Assembly: GCA_051362555.1 (NCBI GenBank)
Contig: CM120646.1
Coordinates: forward strand, 18,910,001 to 18,974,000
Direction: 5' to 3'
Length of the DNA stretch: 64,000 nt
From: Lingula anatina
Lineage: Eukaryota > Animalia > Brachiopoda
Part shown: positions 25,654 through 38,755 of the stretch, in pieces
Layout of the letters: each line of letters begins with the position of its first letter
How positions within the stretch are numbered: position 1 is the stretch's first letter
Position numbers and translations under genes: made by a program
The notes under the pieces: model-generated
Databases searched by the model: none
Told to the model about the DNA's origin: nothing
The model's input: the letters and a program-made list of their open reading frames with translations, nothing else

Positions 25654-27114
25654 TTCAGGTGAAGGAACTTAAAGGTCCAGGCTGTAAGTCATACAAGTAA
25701 AATAATAATCAAGTCATTAAATGTGCATAGGAGAAAGTCTTTATTTGTACTAATAGATCATAATGTTAGAGAGCAGTCCTATCTCAATTGATAACATTAA
25801 GGAGGTATGCGTAATTGCAGATGTTTATAAGCTGAGTGACTCTAATTTATACATGTATAATTTAAGTGATGATAATGAAGTTACGATAATGATCACGCTG
25901 TTAGGAAAATGATCACATCCAACAATGGCAACAATGCATTAATGATATTTGTTATTTCTACCACTGCTGTCTCCCCAAGATATTAGAGTTTACACGAGGA
26001 AATTATATTCATTTCTGGTATGATCAAACTGGGCCTTATGAAAAAAAGACAACACAGTTTAGAGAAGTTTTGATAGATTACATACGGAGTATGGCCCCAT
26101 CTTTGCAAAATGTTAATACATTTATTTATTTATAAATTCATACATGTTGTTGAGTTTTGCCCCATTTTTGTTGAAAGTAATCATTTCGACTTAATTACAT
26201 TTGATATAATACATGATTTACTTGGAATAATAACCCCCTGCTTGATAAAAAGTACATCTAGATATGTAAAGAAATCCGTGTCCCTTTTCTGATTCACAAA
26301 TCTTACAATTTAAAGAAAGACACCGTGTATTCCCTCAAATTAAATAGAACGGTCCCTCCAATCACCAACAGACTGGATTACAGAGAAATTGCACGAGGGA
26401 TGACAATCCAATGTTTCCCTCCTGGTGCGCTGTTGAACGCATACAAAGAACTCAAGCATACGTTTGAGACCGTAGTTTTTAGGTCCATTTTGCATGTCAT
26501 TCAGCAGATAACTTATCTAAGCCTTTATTTACTCGGGAAAAATATTCAAAATGCTTCTTCTGAGGCTCTTTTCTGTTAATGCTTGATTGGGTTTTGCGCT
26601 ACTATGTTAAAAGCTCAATGTTTTGTAAAAAGAGCGTGCGCGTACGCGTATACGTGGGTGTGAGGATGTGGAAGCGCGTGTGTTAATTTGCTTGCTTGCT
26701 CATACTCGCAAGTATGCATTGACATTTGGATTGTGAATATATTATTTATTCATCAGCATGTCCGTATACGTCTGCACGGCTTGGTAGGAGGAGTCGAGAA
26801 TCACATAAATTCTGACTCCTTAAAACACGATAATTACGCGGTTACAGATTCATTTTAAGATACACTTAGGGGACCGCACTCTCACCGTTACAAATTGAGA
26901 ATAATTACGCGTACCGCGTGAGCGCCGCAGTCATATCTGTAGTATCATCTTTCACGCCTAGCTGGTTGGGCAATGGTCTACACAAGGGTAATCTCCCGTA
27001 TATCTTTATGCTCATAGCGACATACAGATACTTCGGGGTAGAGAGACATACCATACCACCTCCCCATAGTGAATATAACTGCGGTCCACAAACAACAGCT
27101 GTACATACTGTATA

Positions 27115-29351
27115 ATGGCAGTGGTCGAAGGATTTCGGATTATTACATTATTGCTATTTATCTGTTCTGCCGAATATGGATATACTGCCTTTGGACAAAG
27201 TAAGTGTGTGTTTTGTCTGAAATTAGAATTACAACACATGCTAATATTGGACGTCTTCGCCGTTCGGTATAGTGATCAGGCGCTGGTTTCTTTTTTAATT
27301 TTCAACTACTTTTGAACAGTATAAGGAAATTAGTTGTGAATAGTTAGTTTGTTAGTTAAATTCCACGTTTTTTTCCTCAATAATAAAATAAGGAACACAG
27401 ACAAGGACATTTAAATTAAAAAGAAAGATCTCCTGAAAGGTATTTTGTCAACTTTTTAAAATAATGTTATCTGGGAATTAATTACGACATTCGAATGATT
27501 TTAATCAAAATTGTAACACCAGCGAGTGACATGTTTCAAAATTTGGACTAAAAAGAAATGAATTTAGTTTTTTGTTCATCCGTTAACTGCTCCGCTTATT
27601 GCTACACATACAAAGTAATAGAAGTTGTTTCCATCTCGGCTCTACCCGGATCTGTCGGTATCTTATGATGGAAATCCAAGATAAAGTTAATTACCTTAAT
27701 TCGACCACACATTGTTGTTATTTACTAACCGAAACCTTACAGAAAATATCAGTCATAATTGTTAATATTTGTTCTCTTTATTTTTTCTATATACATATTT
27801 TGGAATTATATATCATGTCTTATTTTCAACCACACCTTGGTCTGATGTCGTGTTAATGCCTGAGGGTAAATGAAAGGATTTTAACTCGCTCTAGTACAAA
27901 ACATGTACAGTACGAATATACAAGTATACCGATCTTGGTTGTGACCCATAAAACATACGATGTTCAGTGACAATTTTCTGGTTATCAACTTCGGCTGCTT
28001 ACTCTTAATTACTTTCGAGATTCATTAAATGATTTTATCAGTTTTCGCTTAAGTCTGTTCTGTTTTTGGTTGTACGTGTAACAAATAGACAAGCAGGCCC
28101 ATGGTGATTTCTTACATTTTTAAAGATTGCTTCGGCAATCATCGTAATACTGCACATGAACTGGATGGAGACCCATGTATGCATATGTGTGGACACAAAC
28201 TGAACTCGTGAAAATCAAATTCCCTTGATTTTTGTATGAATTAATAATAAAATACGGAACACAGAAAAGGACATTTTTGATTTAAAAAAATTCCGAAAAG
28301 GTATTTTGTCAACTTTTAAAAATAACGTTGTTTGGAAATTGATTCCCTGTGCGACATTCGAATGATTGATGAAATATCTTACTTGTTGTGCAATGTCCTT
28401 TGACAATAAGACGTTTTAATGAACACAAATTGTCCAGTTCGATTGTATGTTTACTAGTATAATGTGCATCATGTACAAGTAGGTGATGAGCTTCAGGATA
28501 ACCGATTCCAGGAATTAGCTGTAACACCCACAGATAACAACACTCTACGTCTTCAATATTTATATTCATTATTCACTTTATAAGATATAATCGCGTATGG
28601 TCCTCTATTTACCTTTGAACATCCATCTTGATTTACGACATATGGTATATGTTGTTTTATAGACCGTGCTTGTGAATATTTGTCAACTTTTATGATATTA
28701 TCTTTTGGTCCTACTAATACCATAGGCTACGGTCAATAACTATAGTTCAGTAGCTTTCCCGGTAAGGCAAATTAATTTTTGACCTTTGGGACCAATTTGG
28801 GATAATTTTCACCCGAACTGCTACATTCCTAAGGAGCATTTAACAGTTTACCAATACGTCCCTTCCCGAGTGCTGTGGTTGTATTTTATGGAGATGTTTT
28901 CGTAATTTTGTTGGTAAAATATTGGTAAGGTCACATTTTCAGAGACTGACCATTTTTAAAAGCAACATTTAAAGAGAGTGACCTTTTGATATTGCACTTA
29001 CTTACACCCTGCATGGTACCGGGTACTCTATATAACTGAGGTGATGTATTTGACACCACTTATATGTATACAATGCATTTTTAAAGAAGTCACCGGCTCT
29101 TAATTGAATTCTAAGATATGTCATGGTGAAATAAGCCTTAAATCTTTGTATGGACGAGTATAACGCTTCTTAACAGTCACACATGTGTCATATATTCTGT
29201 ACAACCCGAGTAACTTTGGTCAGTCTTGATCGCATTGGCTGTATGGCAACTTGTGTGTGTGTGTGTGTGTGTGTGTGTTCGCGTGTGTGTTCGCGCGCGG
29301 TACTGGCATACATTATTTATACGAATTTAACTCTCTCTCTCTCTCTCTCTC

Positions 29352-29391
<40 letters not shown>

Positions 29392-32300
29392 TATAAAATT
29401 ACTGTGTGTGCATGTATGTTTGCAAACGCGTGGATACCGGATGAGTGCACATGTGAATGAATGCATGTGTGTGCATTCGTTGGCGTGCAAGTGCGAAGCA
29501 CATATTTTATGCTTCAACTGTCTAACAGCAATTTCTTAAAATCTGCATACTCAGGACACGTCTCTGTGTCAAAGCCACTGAAAAAAAGAACGAGTAGAAA
29601 ATAAGGAAATGCTTCCTGGTGAACGTACAAAGAGCCACTTAAGTAAAAATGTCATAAATATTTGAATTACATACCGGTACATACACACATGCCTCTGTAA
29701 GCAGACTCTTTTTAATTAATTGCGGTTTACTTAGTCATTTAATGTCACAGAATGATAAATGCACTGCCAGGACAACTTGTAGTATTTTCTCCAATGAGAG
29801 ACAAAGAGAGAATAACATATGCATTTTAAACGGCTGTTTTGCATTATAAAACATTATTCATTTGAACAATTAGGAAATGTATGGAACTGGTTGATAAAGC
29901 CGAAAAAAGGAAAAACGTGTCTGTTTTTGCTTAGATACACTGTAGAAGGAAGAAGACGCTCTATAATGCCGCTATATGCACTACATTTCAGACACGATAC
30001 TAGAGTTACAACAGGTCATGGATGAAATTCAGTTCGTCCGAGCATGGGACAAAGTATGACAAAAGTCACGTTCAAGGCTTACTCATGGACTGACCCCGTC
30101 ACACGGTCACACCGGTCAGTGACGGGCCATTTTTAAATCATGTTTGCTTTTCAAAAACCTACGTGAATTTCCTGTATATTGCAGTTTATCGATCTAATTT
30201 TTGACAGAATGAACAAAACGGTAAATGAAGCAGGTACATGTACCTGTCTCTTTACATGTTTTCGAATCAGCGTCTAAAGAAGATTTAAAAAGTTCCATCT
30301 TACTAAACGAATTTTGACTATCCTTTGTTTGGAATTTTAAGGATTATTTAAGAAAGTTTAATATTATTTCAGCAAATAAAATGACGATTTTGCATTTTAT
30401 CAAAAGAACCGAATTGAAACTAATGGTTCTAATGCCACGTAATCCGCCCGATTGTGTTTATTGTGAAAATAAAAGTTGAAATATCAAAGCAACACATGTA
30501 CAATGGATATCAACCATTTACCATCACTAGTGAAATTGGTCAGCCTCTTTCCCCATTACGAGAATGACTCAAAAATTTTATGTAGGAAACGGGCTTACGT
30601 AGCTTTCTTTTTTCAACATTTTTTGTAAAAGGTATGTCGTGGGTATAAAGGAAATAACTGTTCAAGACAGTACAAACAATTCGTATAAAAGGTCTTAAGT
30701 GTATTGTAATAGATTTAAATTTTTTGAATGTTCAAGGCGAGCATTTTGACCCCAGTTTGTCACGCCTACCGAACGAGTCATAGTTACCAGTGCTGGTATG
30801 TATTTATGAATACGATAAACAAACGATACACCGGTAGATACACGTTGTGATTTATGACCCGAAGAATGTCGTAATACAATCAAATGTGTGACGAAAATAT
30901 CTACAGGTAAGGTAAGGTACCATACGTAACGCCACAGAGTGGAGCAGTATATCGTCACGGTCTTTTATGGGGTGACTAATAATTTTAAAATCAGAATATG
31001 GCCCATGTATTAGTCACTGCATATGGAGGTGATGTTACGGAATTATTGTGGACAAAGTGTATAAATGATAACTGATGCAACTGAATAATTGTTTGGTATA
31101 AAGTACAGTATGCTTCTCTCCCTTGGACAGAAATAAAATGGCCCACCGAATGCAAGATGTTTGGAATATATATTCTACCACGTCTTTTCAGCCCATGATG
31201 CAGTCAATGAAAATACGCTGCAGATCTTAAAATTCCTTATAATAAATGTTAAAAGAACCCCATGTTACGGCTGTTTCTTTTCTAATTTTTGGATTGTAGA
31301 GAATACGGTGCCTTCATGTGACTATGATGCATGATGTCACTATGATATTTGATCGAATCGTTTCTGACAAATTCCAAATGCTGATAAGAATCAAGACATA
31401 TATTAACAAAATGTTTGTTTTTTTCCAGAGCTGCATAAATCAAGGCGTATAAGGTCGTTGCCAGATGGGACACCAGATGTCAAAGACCAGTACTTATTGA
31501 TAGGCAAAAAGGGAGTCAAGGAAAGTCAAGGTGTGCTATTTACAAATATGTCTACCTTTAAGGTTTTAATAAGTGTATAGCACTTTATTTGTCTCTGTTT
31601 TGCCTTTAAAGTTATACCAGCTGTAATTAAGTGTATACTATCCATTCAAACGTTTCTGATACGACAGGTAGACAAACACTTCGTTGGAATTATATAAAAG
31701 GCACACTTTGCGAGATTAGTAATGATATATATGACACATTACTCTTCTTTAAGGTCTTCTATTTTTTGACAAACGAATTATAATAATTCACCCTCTAACT
31801 AAAAAAGAGTTAGTCGGATCGGTAATGGGAACTGATACGCAATGTGTCTATTGGATCACAAGTACTGAAACACGTTAATTTATCCTTAAAGGTAGGATAT
31901 CGGAAAGTAAAGTCTGACACAAATACTGAAACGTACGATCCTATATATATTGAGACATAGCTGCAAAAATAACTAAAAAACATTAAATGTTGAACAATAT
32001 TTTGAATTAAAACATCATTTCAGTGGGTGGTCTTTTAACATGGACCAGAACTGTTGGCTATACTTTGGACACTACTGATATGCACACATCCTACATCGGG
32101 GATCGTTTGTACTGCAGTATGAGGATGAACGAAAGGTTGGTGTCCTTTAAAAATTGGACATTAATCAATTGAGTGGTTTTTATTACAAATTATGGTTATT
32201 ATCATTATTATGGTTTTATTTATTCATGGAATTGATTATTCCTTATTGTGCTTTAATTGAGAATTTGTCTTAGAATAGTTTAGAAATAATGCAAAAGTGA

Positions 32301-35300
32301 CCAAAATTGCTTTTTTTCATCTTTATGTGCATATTTAATACGCTAGAGCAACACCATCACTATAATCGATCTTATCAAAAACCTCTATTTTAGAATAAAA
32401 AAAGTAATTTTGGTTTTTACAAAGACGTATTTTCATAATGGCGCTGACTGGACAGCCTCTCTCATTTCATTAATTCACCGTTATAATACGCCACAATTTG
32501 TGAGAAAATGAAATGGTAGGCCTACTTCTTTGTATCTTAGCAGGACGATGCAAAAGCTAAAACTGTATAGAGAAGGCGTATGTTATTATTGGCGCTTGTA
32601 ACTATTTGATTTTCTGTTAATCTTTCTTAGCAACTGTGCGTTATAATGTAATTGCAATTTTATTATTTATAATTTTTCTGACTTTTTGTACAGGACGAGG
32701 CGAATGCTAAAACTAATGCATTCAGTAATAGAAGACGTAGAGCCAGACCAAGTGGTATACGTATCTCATACATGTGATTCACCCATGAGTTTGTCTTTCT
32801 CTAACTGGGTATGTATACCGTAAATTATCTAAAAAAAATCAATTAAACATATATTTTCAGAATTTTAACCCCTAAATTAAATACTCTGACAATTGTTATA
32901 ATCAACTTGTTACCCTAACCCACTGAACTCAACATATTGCAGTTCCGTAACATAAATAAAAGTATTTACATGGTAGGTATGCCCTGTCTTTTTAAAATTA
33001 AATATATGTGGCACGTACATGGCCCCATGCCTCCGTTATACATGTATGCTTCTTTTTGCATTCTGACACGACAAGCGAAGCGAGACCGAGAACATTACTG
33101 TGTTCCCCTTAATTATGACCCTGGATCCCTCACCGTCTTTGTTTCCACCTAATTGTATTTGATGTATTTTAAAATAACCAAATATATAATACTATCACAT
33201 CTTTGTTCTCAGGGTATAGATAGAGTTGACCAGAGAGAAGCAATTACTGAGAGCCGGGGACAGTTCGCAGCCGAAGGTAGGATATGCGTTCTTTCCTAAA
33301 ATAACGAAACAACCACATTATTGCAACTTTTATTCTATCAGATTCAAGGAAAAACGTATCTAATTTAAACTGATTTAGAGATGTTTTAACATGTTTTAAC
33401 ATTAAAATGCAATACTCAGAACCGTACCAGTAACCGACAGGTTAGCAGACCACGCAAGGATATAAACTGATCCGTATAATTGCTCGCAAAAGCCTTTTTC
33501 CTATCAAGGAAGTATAAAATCACGAACGTAGATACAAGCAGTAACTGCCAAGGAAATGTATCCCAAAGTTTGTATAGGCATACCACGCACCTTTAACCTT
33601 CATTTGAAGAAGAAAGAAACAATTAAAATACTGGAAATGTTAACAGTTTTCCTTTTGCATAGCTTGTACTGATCAATCTTTTTTCTCTTATTAGGACATG
33701 GCGGGGATGACGTCCATATATATATGATGGATACGTAAGTACAAAACACCAGTTTAAGTCAGAATAACGGGCATGAAACCGTAATGAGAATTGTTTATTC
33801 AAACCCCGTTTAGGCTGTAGCTGGATTCTCAAGTAGTTTTCTTCTAAACTCTCACTAAGAATGATATTTATACAGTATAAACGCTTAGGTAAAAGGTCCA
33901 GCGTTTTTATAGTGTATTGTAACGTATTTTATGCTGCCTTTTTGAGGCATGTGGCAAAGTAGGGAGATGACTAACAGTACCGGGTACCTCTGCAAAAGAC
34001 GATATTAACGCGGAATGCATGCAATCGTTTACTTGACTGAAGTCAGTTGAAGATTAATTTTTCTTATAAAAGAGTGTTATTTTGAATTGTGAAGTTAATA
34101 AAGTGCTGGCCATACAATAAGACATACCAAGGGCCATACTCGAACAAAAAATCGTTAATTGCATAACCTAATCGTTTTCAAAATAGCCAAAGCGTCCGTC
34201 TCCGAGAAATATTGCTTGAACGTTCTTGCCAAAACCCTACTGAATGTCGTATATTTCAACTATGGTTAGATATATCAATGCTGTAACACTGAATCATATT
34301 AATGAATATACTCATCAGCAGCAGCCAAAAGCCATGGTTTATAAAATATAAATTATATCATAAAAACACTTTATTGATTAGACACTTTTGATTGTGTGAT
34401 TTATTATCATTTTACGTGTCTTTTTCAGAGGAATAAGGATGACTATTAACGAGCTAAGAGGGAGAGTACAGAGGGTAAGAAAATACTTTTTATGTATATA
34501 AAAGGAAAAGCAGGGGTGTCAAAATAAAATTGCCATTGTGATCGAGGACATTTGAGACCGATGTCGCATTTGTCAATGATTGGCGCACCTACCGCAATTG
34601 TGGTTGTGTTGGTAGTTTATCTTTATTTTGCAAATCATCAGCATGTCATTTTAAGTTCAACAACAGATAATTAAATAGCACTATATACACCAAAACACAG
34701 ATCGATGTGTTTTCAAAAAAAGTTAAAATTGCTGAAAGTAATGTAACACACCCTTATAAACTCATTCACACCTTCCCAACATACTGAAGACAATACATTG
34801 ATCACCATTCAAACAGAGCTCTGAGATAGAACATGCTGTCCGTCTTTTTATAGGTGACAACGGGATTATTTGCTACAGAAGAGGACAACAACGGTCATGG
34901 TTCTTGGACTGCAGGTGAGATAATTGTGTCAATAATATCAGTTATACACAGGCGTAACGTGTCTACTTACAAATATATTCCTCGCCGCAAAAAGCAACAA
35001 GAAAATACAGGCAACTCACCACAATTTCGAAACGCCAAGCCCATGGCTATATTTAGAACATGTTTCTCCTTCCCTGTTTCAGTAATTGCCGCCGGTACCG
35101 TTCACGGGATCGCCAAGAGGGCCACGGTGTTCTCAGTAAAGGTGCTAGATGGACGGCTAGGAGTCGGGACCGTAAGGTAGGCGAACGTTTTAAAGCATGA
35201 AAAGGGAGTTCAGCGGGTTTTGCTGAGCACGAAGCTCTCACCTTTCTCGCCAAGGTACATGTATATACCCCAGCCGTCTAAAACATTTTGAAGCTGTGTC

Positions 35301-37312
35301 CAAGATATAATTTGGTTTGTTATTACAATGTAGACTACAGTAGCTTAAACCACAACGATAAAGATAATTGTTCATTGAACCAGAAATCGTAGATGTAAAG
35401 ATGGGTTTTGTATCGAGTGCTATCAGTTCTTATCCCGTTGGAAGGCTCTATATTGCCTGTTGTATAATGTTGCCTGTTATATATTTTACAGTGGCGTGGT
35501 GGCGGCAATGGACGTGGTGATTTCTCACGCCCGGAGCAGCGGTAAAACAAGAAAGAGTGTAATCAAGTGAGTGGCAGCTACATGATCTCTCTCGATCTCT
35601 CTTCTTTCTTTCTTTCTTTTTTGTAGCCATTTTTATAATGACAGGTTAGAGGAACTAATGACGATCAAAATGTTGGCGATAGCCGTTAAAAGTACACACT
35701 GTGTCATGAAGTTACTTATAGTTCATAATACAACGGTATATACCACTTCTACGGTATATAAGAAGGGTCCATTTCTAGTTCATATTACAAAAATAATGTG
35801 CGTAAAATATTCTGATTTAAGATAATCATCTTATACAAAGACTCACTATACTATTGGCGGCCTTTCTCTTCAGATTGTTTTTGCATGAAGAATAATGACA
35901 CTATTGAGGGCAATTTTTGTTTTGATAAATATTTCTGTTTCTTTCCTCCAGTATGTCGCTGAGTGGTTCCTTCAGCAACGCGTTGAACACAGCCACTAAT
36001 GATGCCTCGGAAGCGGTAGGTCATGTTCTCTGTACTTAAAACAACAAAGAAGGCGAATTTTTGGGTGATTTACAATGTCTAGTACATGTACCGTATGGGC
36101 ATGTGTCCTTTTCACAGTTCACTTTCAAGAAAATCACTATACAAGCAGCTATGTTTTAAGAACTTTATACTTTAGAAGGAAGGCACTGTTAGTCGGTGAC
36201 TGTTTGTATTATCTGAGAAAATTTTTAAAGTAAGAATGTAAAAAAGCAAAAATTGTTCTGTCCGTGTGGACGTTAGACCACACTAGATGGAAATCAGTTT
36301 GTCATATGATTTTATAATCCGTTCCATAATTACAGGGCATTACTGTTGTATGTGCAGCCGGCAATGAGAATGCAGACGCCTGTACCCGGTCCCCTTCCAG
36401 TGCGACTCACGTGTGAGTGTGCCTCCGCCATTTATAAATGCCATATGCTTTGGGTGGGGTGACAAGTACAAAAATGTTTCTTAATTCGCTTGGCAAATAT
36501 GCATAAATATTGTGTATTAGTAGGTTTCGACAATTTTATTGTAATGCGTTGTGTACAAGGATGGAAAATGCTTGATATTGACTCGTTTTGCTTGACATAC
36601 TTGGGCAGCTGTTGGAGGTAACGTACGTACCCGCTGCGTCCTGTAGATACATATAGCATTTCAACACATCTGACGGCACCACGCGAAACAAAGTTTTTTC
36701 TTGTGATCTTTACAGGATATCCGTCGGATCAATTAGCAGAGCTGACAGGATATCAATGTTTTCTAATCATGGCAAATGCGTGACAATTTATGCACCGGTA
36801 AGCTTTGGCATTTGGTTTGGTTGGTTTTTACTGCAATTACTATTGTTATTAAAAATGATATTTACATACACTGTATACCAGTATATATATATGTGTGTGT
36901 GTCTGTGACCTAGCTTAGAGCCAGTAATAGCTTTTAAAATACCTACCGTTGCCTCGTGTAATGGAGTAATTTTTACTACCTGTCTTCAGATTGCCTGATA
37001 GAAACTTTTGTGTTAAGATCCTAGAGGTACGCAGTTAGACTACAGAGGTTCGCTCATCATTAATTCTATATGCAAACGAAAACTAAAAAGGCTGATTTGC
37101 AAAATGCTTTTTTTAAAATCTAAATCCACTTTTCGACAGCATATGCATGTATTGTTTGTTGTTACTTTTCTAGGGAGAGTCCATAACTGGCGGAAGCAGT
37201 TCTACTGATTTTGATCCAGTTACCATGACAGGTAAGAACTTAGGAAAAAGTCGATAGCGGTTATTAACAGCCCATCTCTCTCTCTCTCTATATATATATA
37301 TAGGTGTGTGTG

Positions 37313-37344
<32 letters not shown>

Positions 37345-38710
37345 TGTGTGTGTGTGATATGAGATAGGTTTAAAGTGGAATTTAATATTTACGCAGTTTG
37401 TTGTTAAATAATATTAAGAAATATTCTTTATCAATTACAGGAACGTCTGGTGCCTCTCCCATGGTGGTAAGTGTCGCCTCCCAGACTGGGTTCCCATACT
37501 TACATCAATCCATCTGGATCGACCTAACTCCCTGGGGGTTCACGCTAAATTGCTATCAGCTCAAGAGCCTTAAATGTCTGTAACGCCTACCGAATCAGCT
37601 AGGGGTAAAGATAATTACCCCCTAACAGTTTTACTAGGCGTGACAGACGTTTAAGCCGGTTAGTTTGATAGCAATTTAGTGAGACTCCCTAGGGACATAG
37701 ATCGATCCAAATATCTGTGGGAATGGTCCCTCAGTGGTAGTTTATCTCTGCCAAATAACATTATTTGATTTTTACAGTGTAAATTCATCTGCTCCATGTC
37801 AGTCAAAAATAAAATCTACGTATCCCAAAAAACAATCGGGAAATAATTCTGGAATGATAATGAAGTCTTCCTTTTTTAAGCTCTGTGAAATGTACAGTAC
37901 ATACATACACATTCACATAAATGTACATACCGGTACATGTACGTACATGCATCTATTACAATGTAAATTCTCTCGTTTCCGTTTACAGGCAGGTGCCGCC
38001 GCCATTTATTTATCTTCCAACCCGCCAGACACCAGTACCATGGGTATAAAGAGATATCTTTTAACAAGGTTTGTTATCAGATTCCAAACTTTCCCCTTCT
38101 TTTTTGCAAAACATTCTACCGTGTGCTACTTGCAGTATGGTAATTAATATATATAAGCAATTCTTGGTTGCCTGTGTGCACTTTATTTTTGCGGTTACGT
38201 TAGTGATCCATAGTCTTGGGTAACACATTGGTGATTTAAGAATGTCAACGTATATACCATATACAATTTACTGTAGTGTAAACGCCAATTTCAAATTGTG
38301 TTTCATCTGTACAAATATACCAATGGATGGTCCTGACAAACGTTATTTAACCTTTATCAAATTTCAGAGCGACAATAGGCAGGATAGGCAATTTTGATAC
38401 TAAGAGTGCGCAATGCACAAACAGTCGCAAAAAGCGTTGGGTTGTCAATGGCTTTATAAATGGATTTGGATCATCGAATAAAGGAAATTCGCAGCTAAAT
38501 AATTTTAACAATAATAACAACCGAAACCCAAGCTGGTCAAATGGAAATAGGTCACCCGGAAGGAGACCAAGCGGAAGTAGGTCAGCAGGGGGCAGCCCAT
38601 CGTTTGGGTTCATTCACAACTACTGGCTGAAGAGGTTCGGAAACATCTTTGCAATGCGGCCGACTGTTCAAACCACTGCTCCACCCACTACTACTACTTC
38701 TACAACTACA

Positions 38711-38755
<45 letters not shown>

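Noticed and set aside
29935-30053. Possible extra protease exon(s) (YTVEGRRRSIMPLYALHFRHDT or TILELQQVMDEIQFVRAWDK)
   Set aside because: No single open, phase-compatible (1 to 1) exon could be built, and exon 27115-27199 already joins 31429 in frame. Needs RNA-seq.
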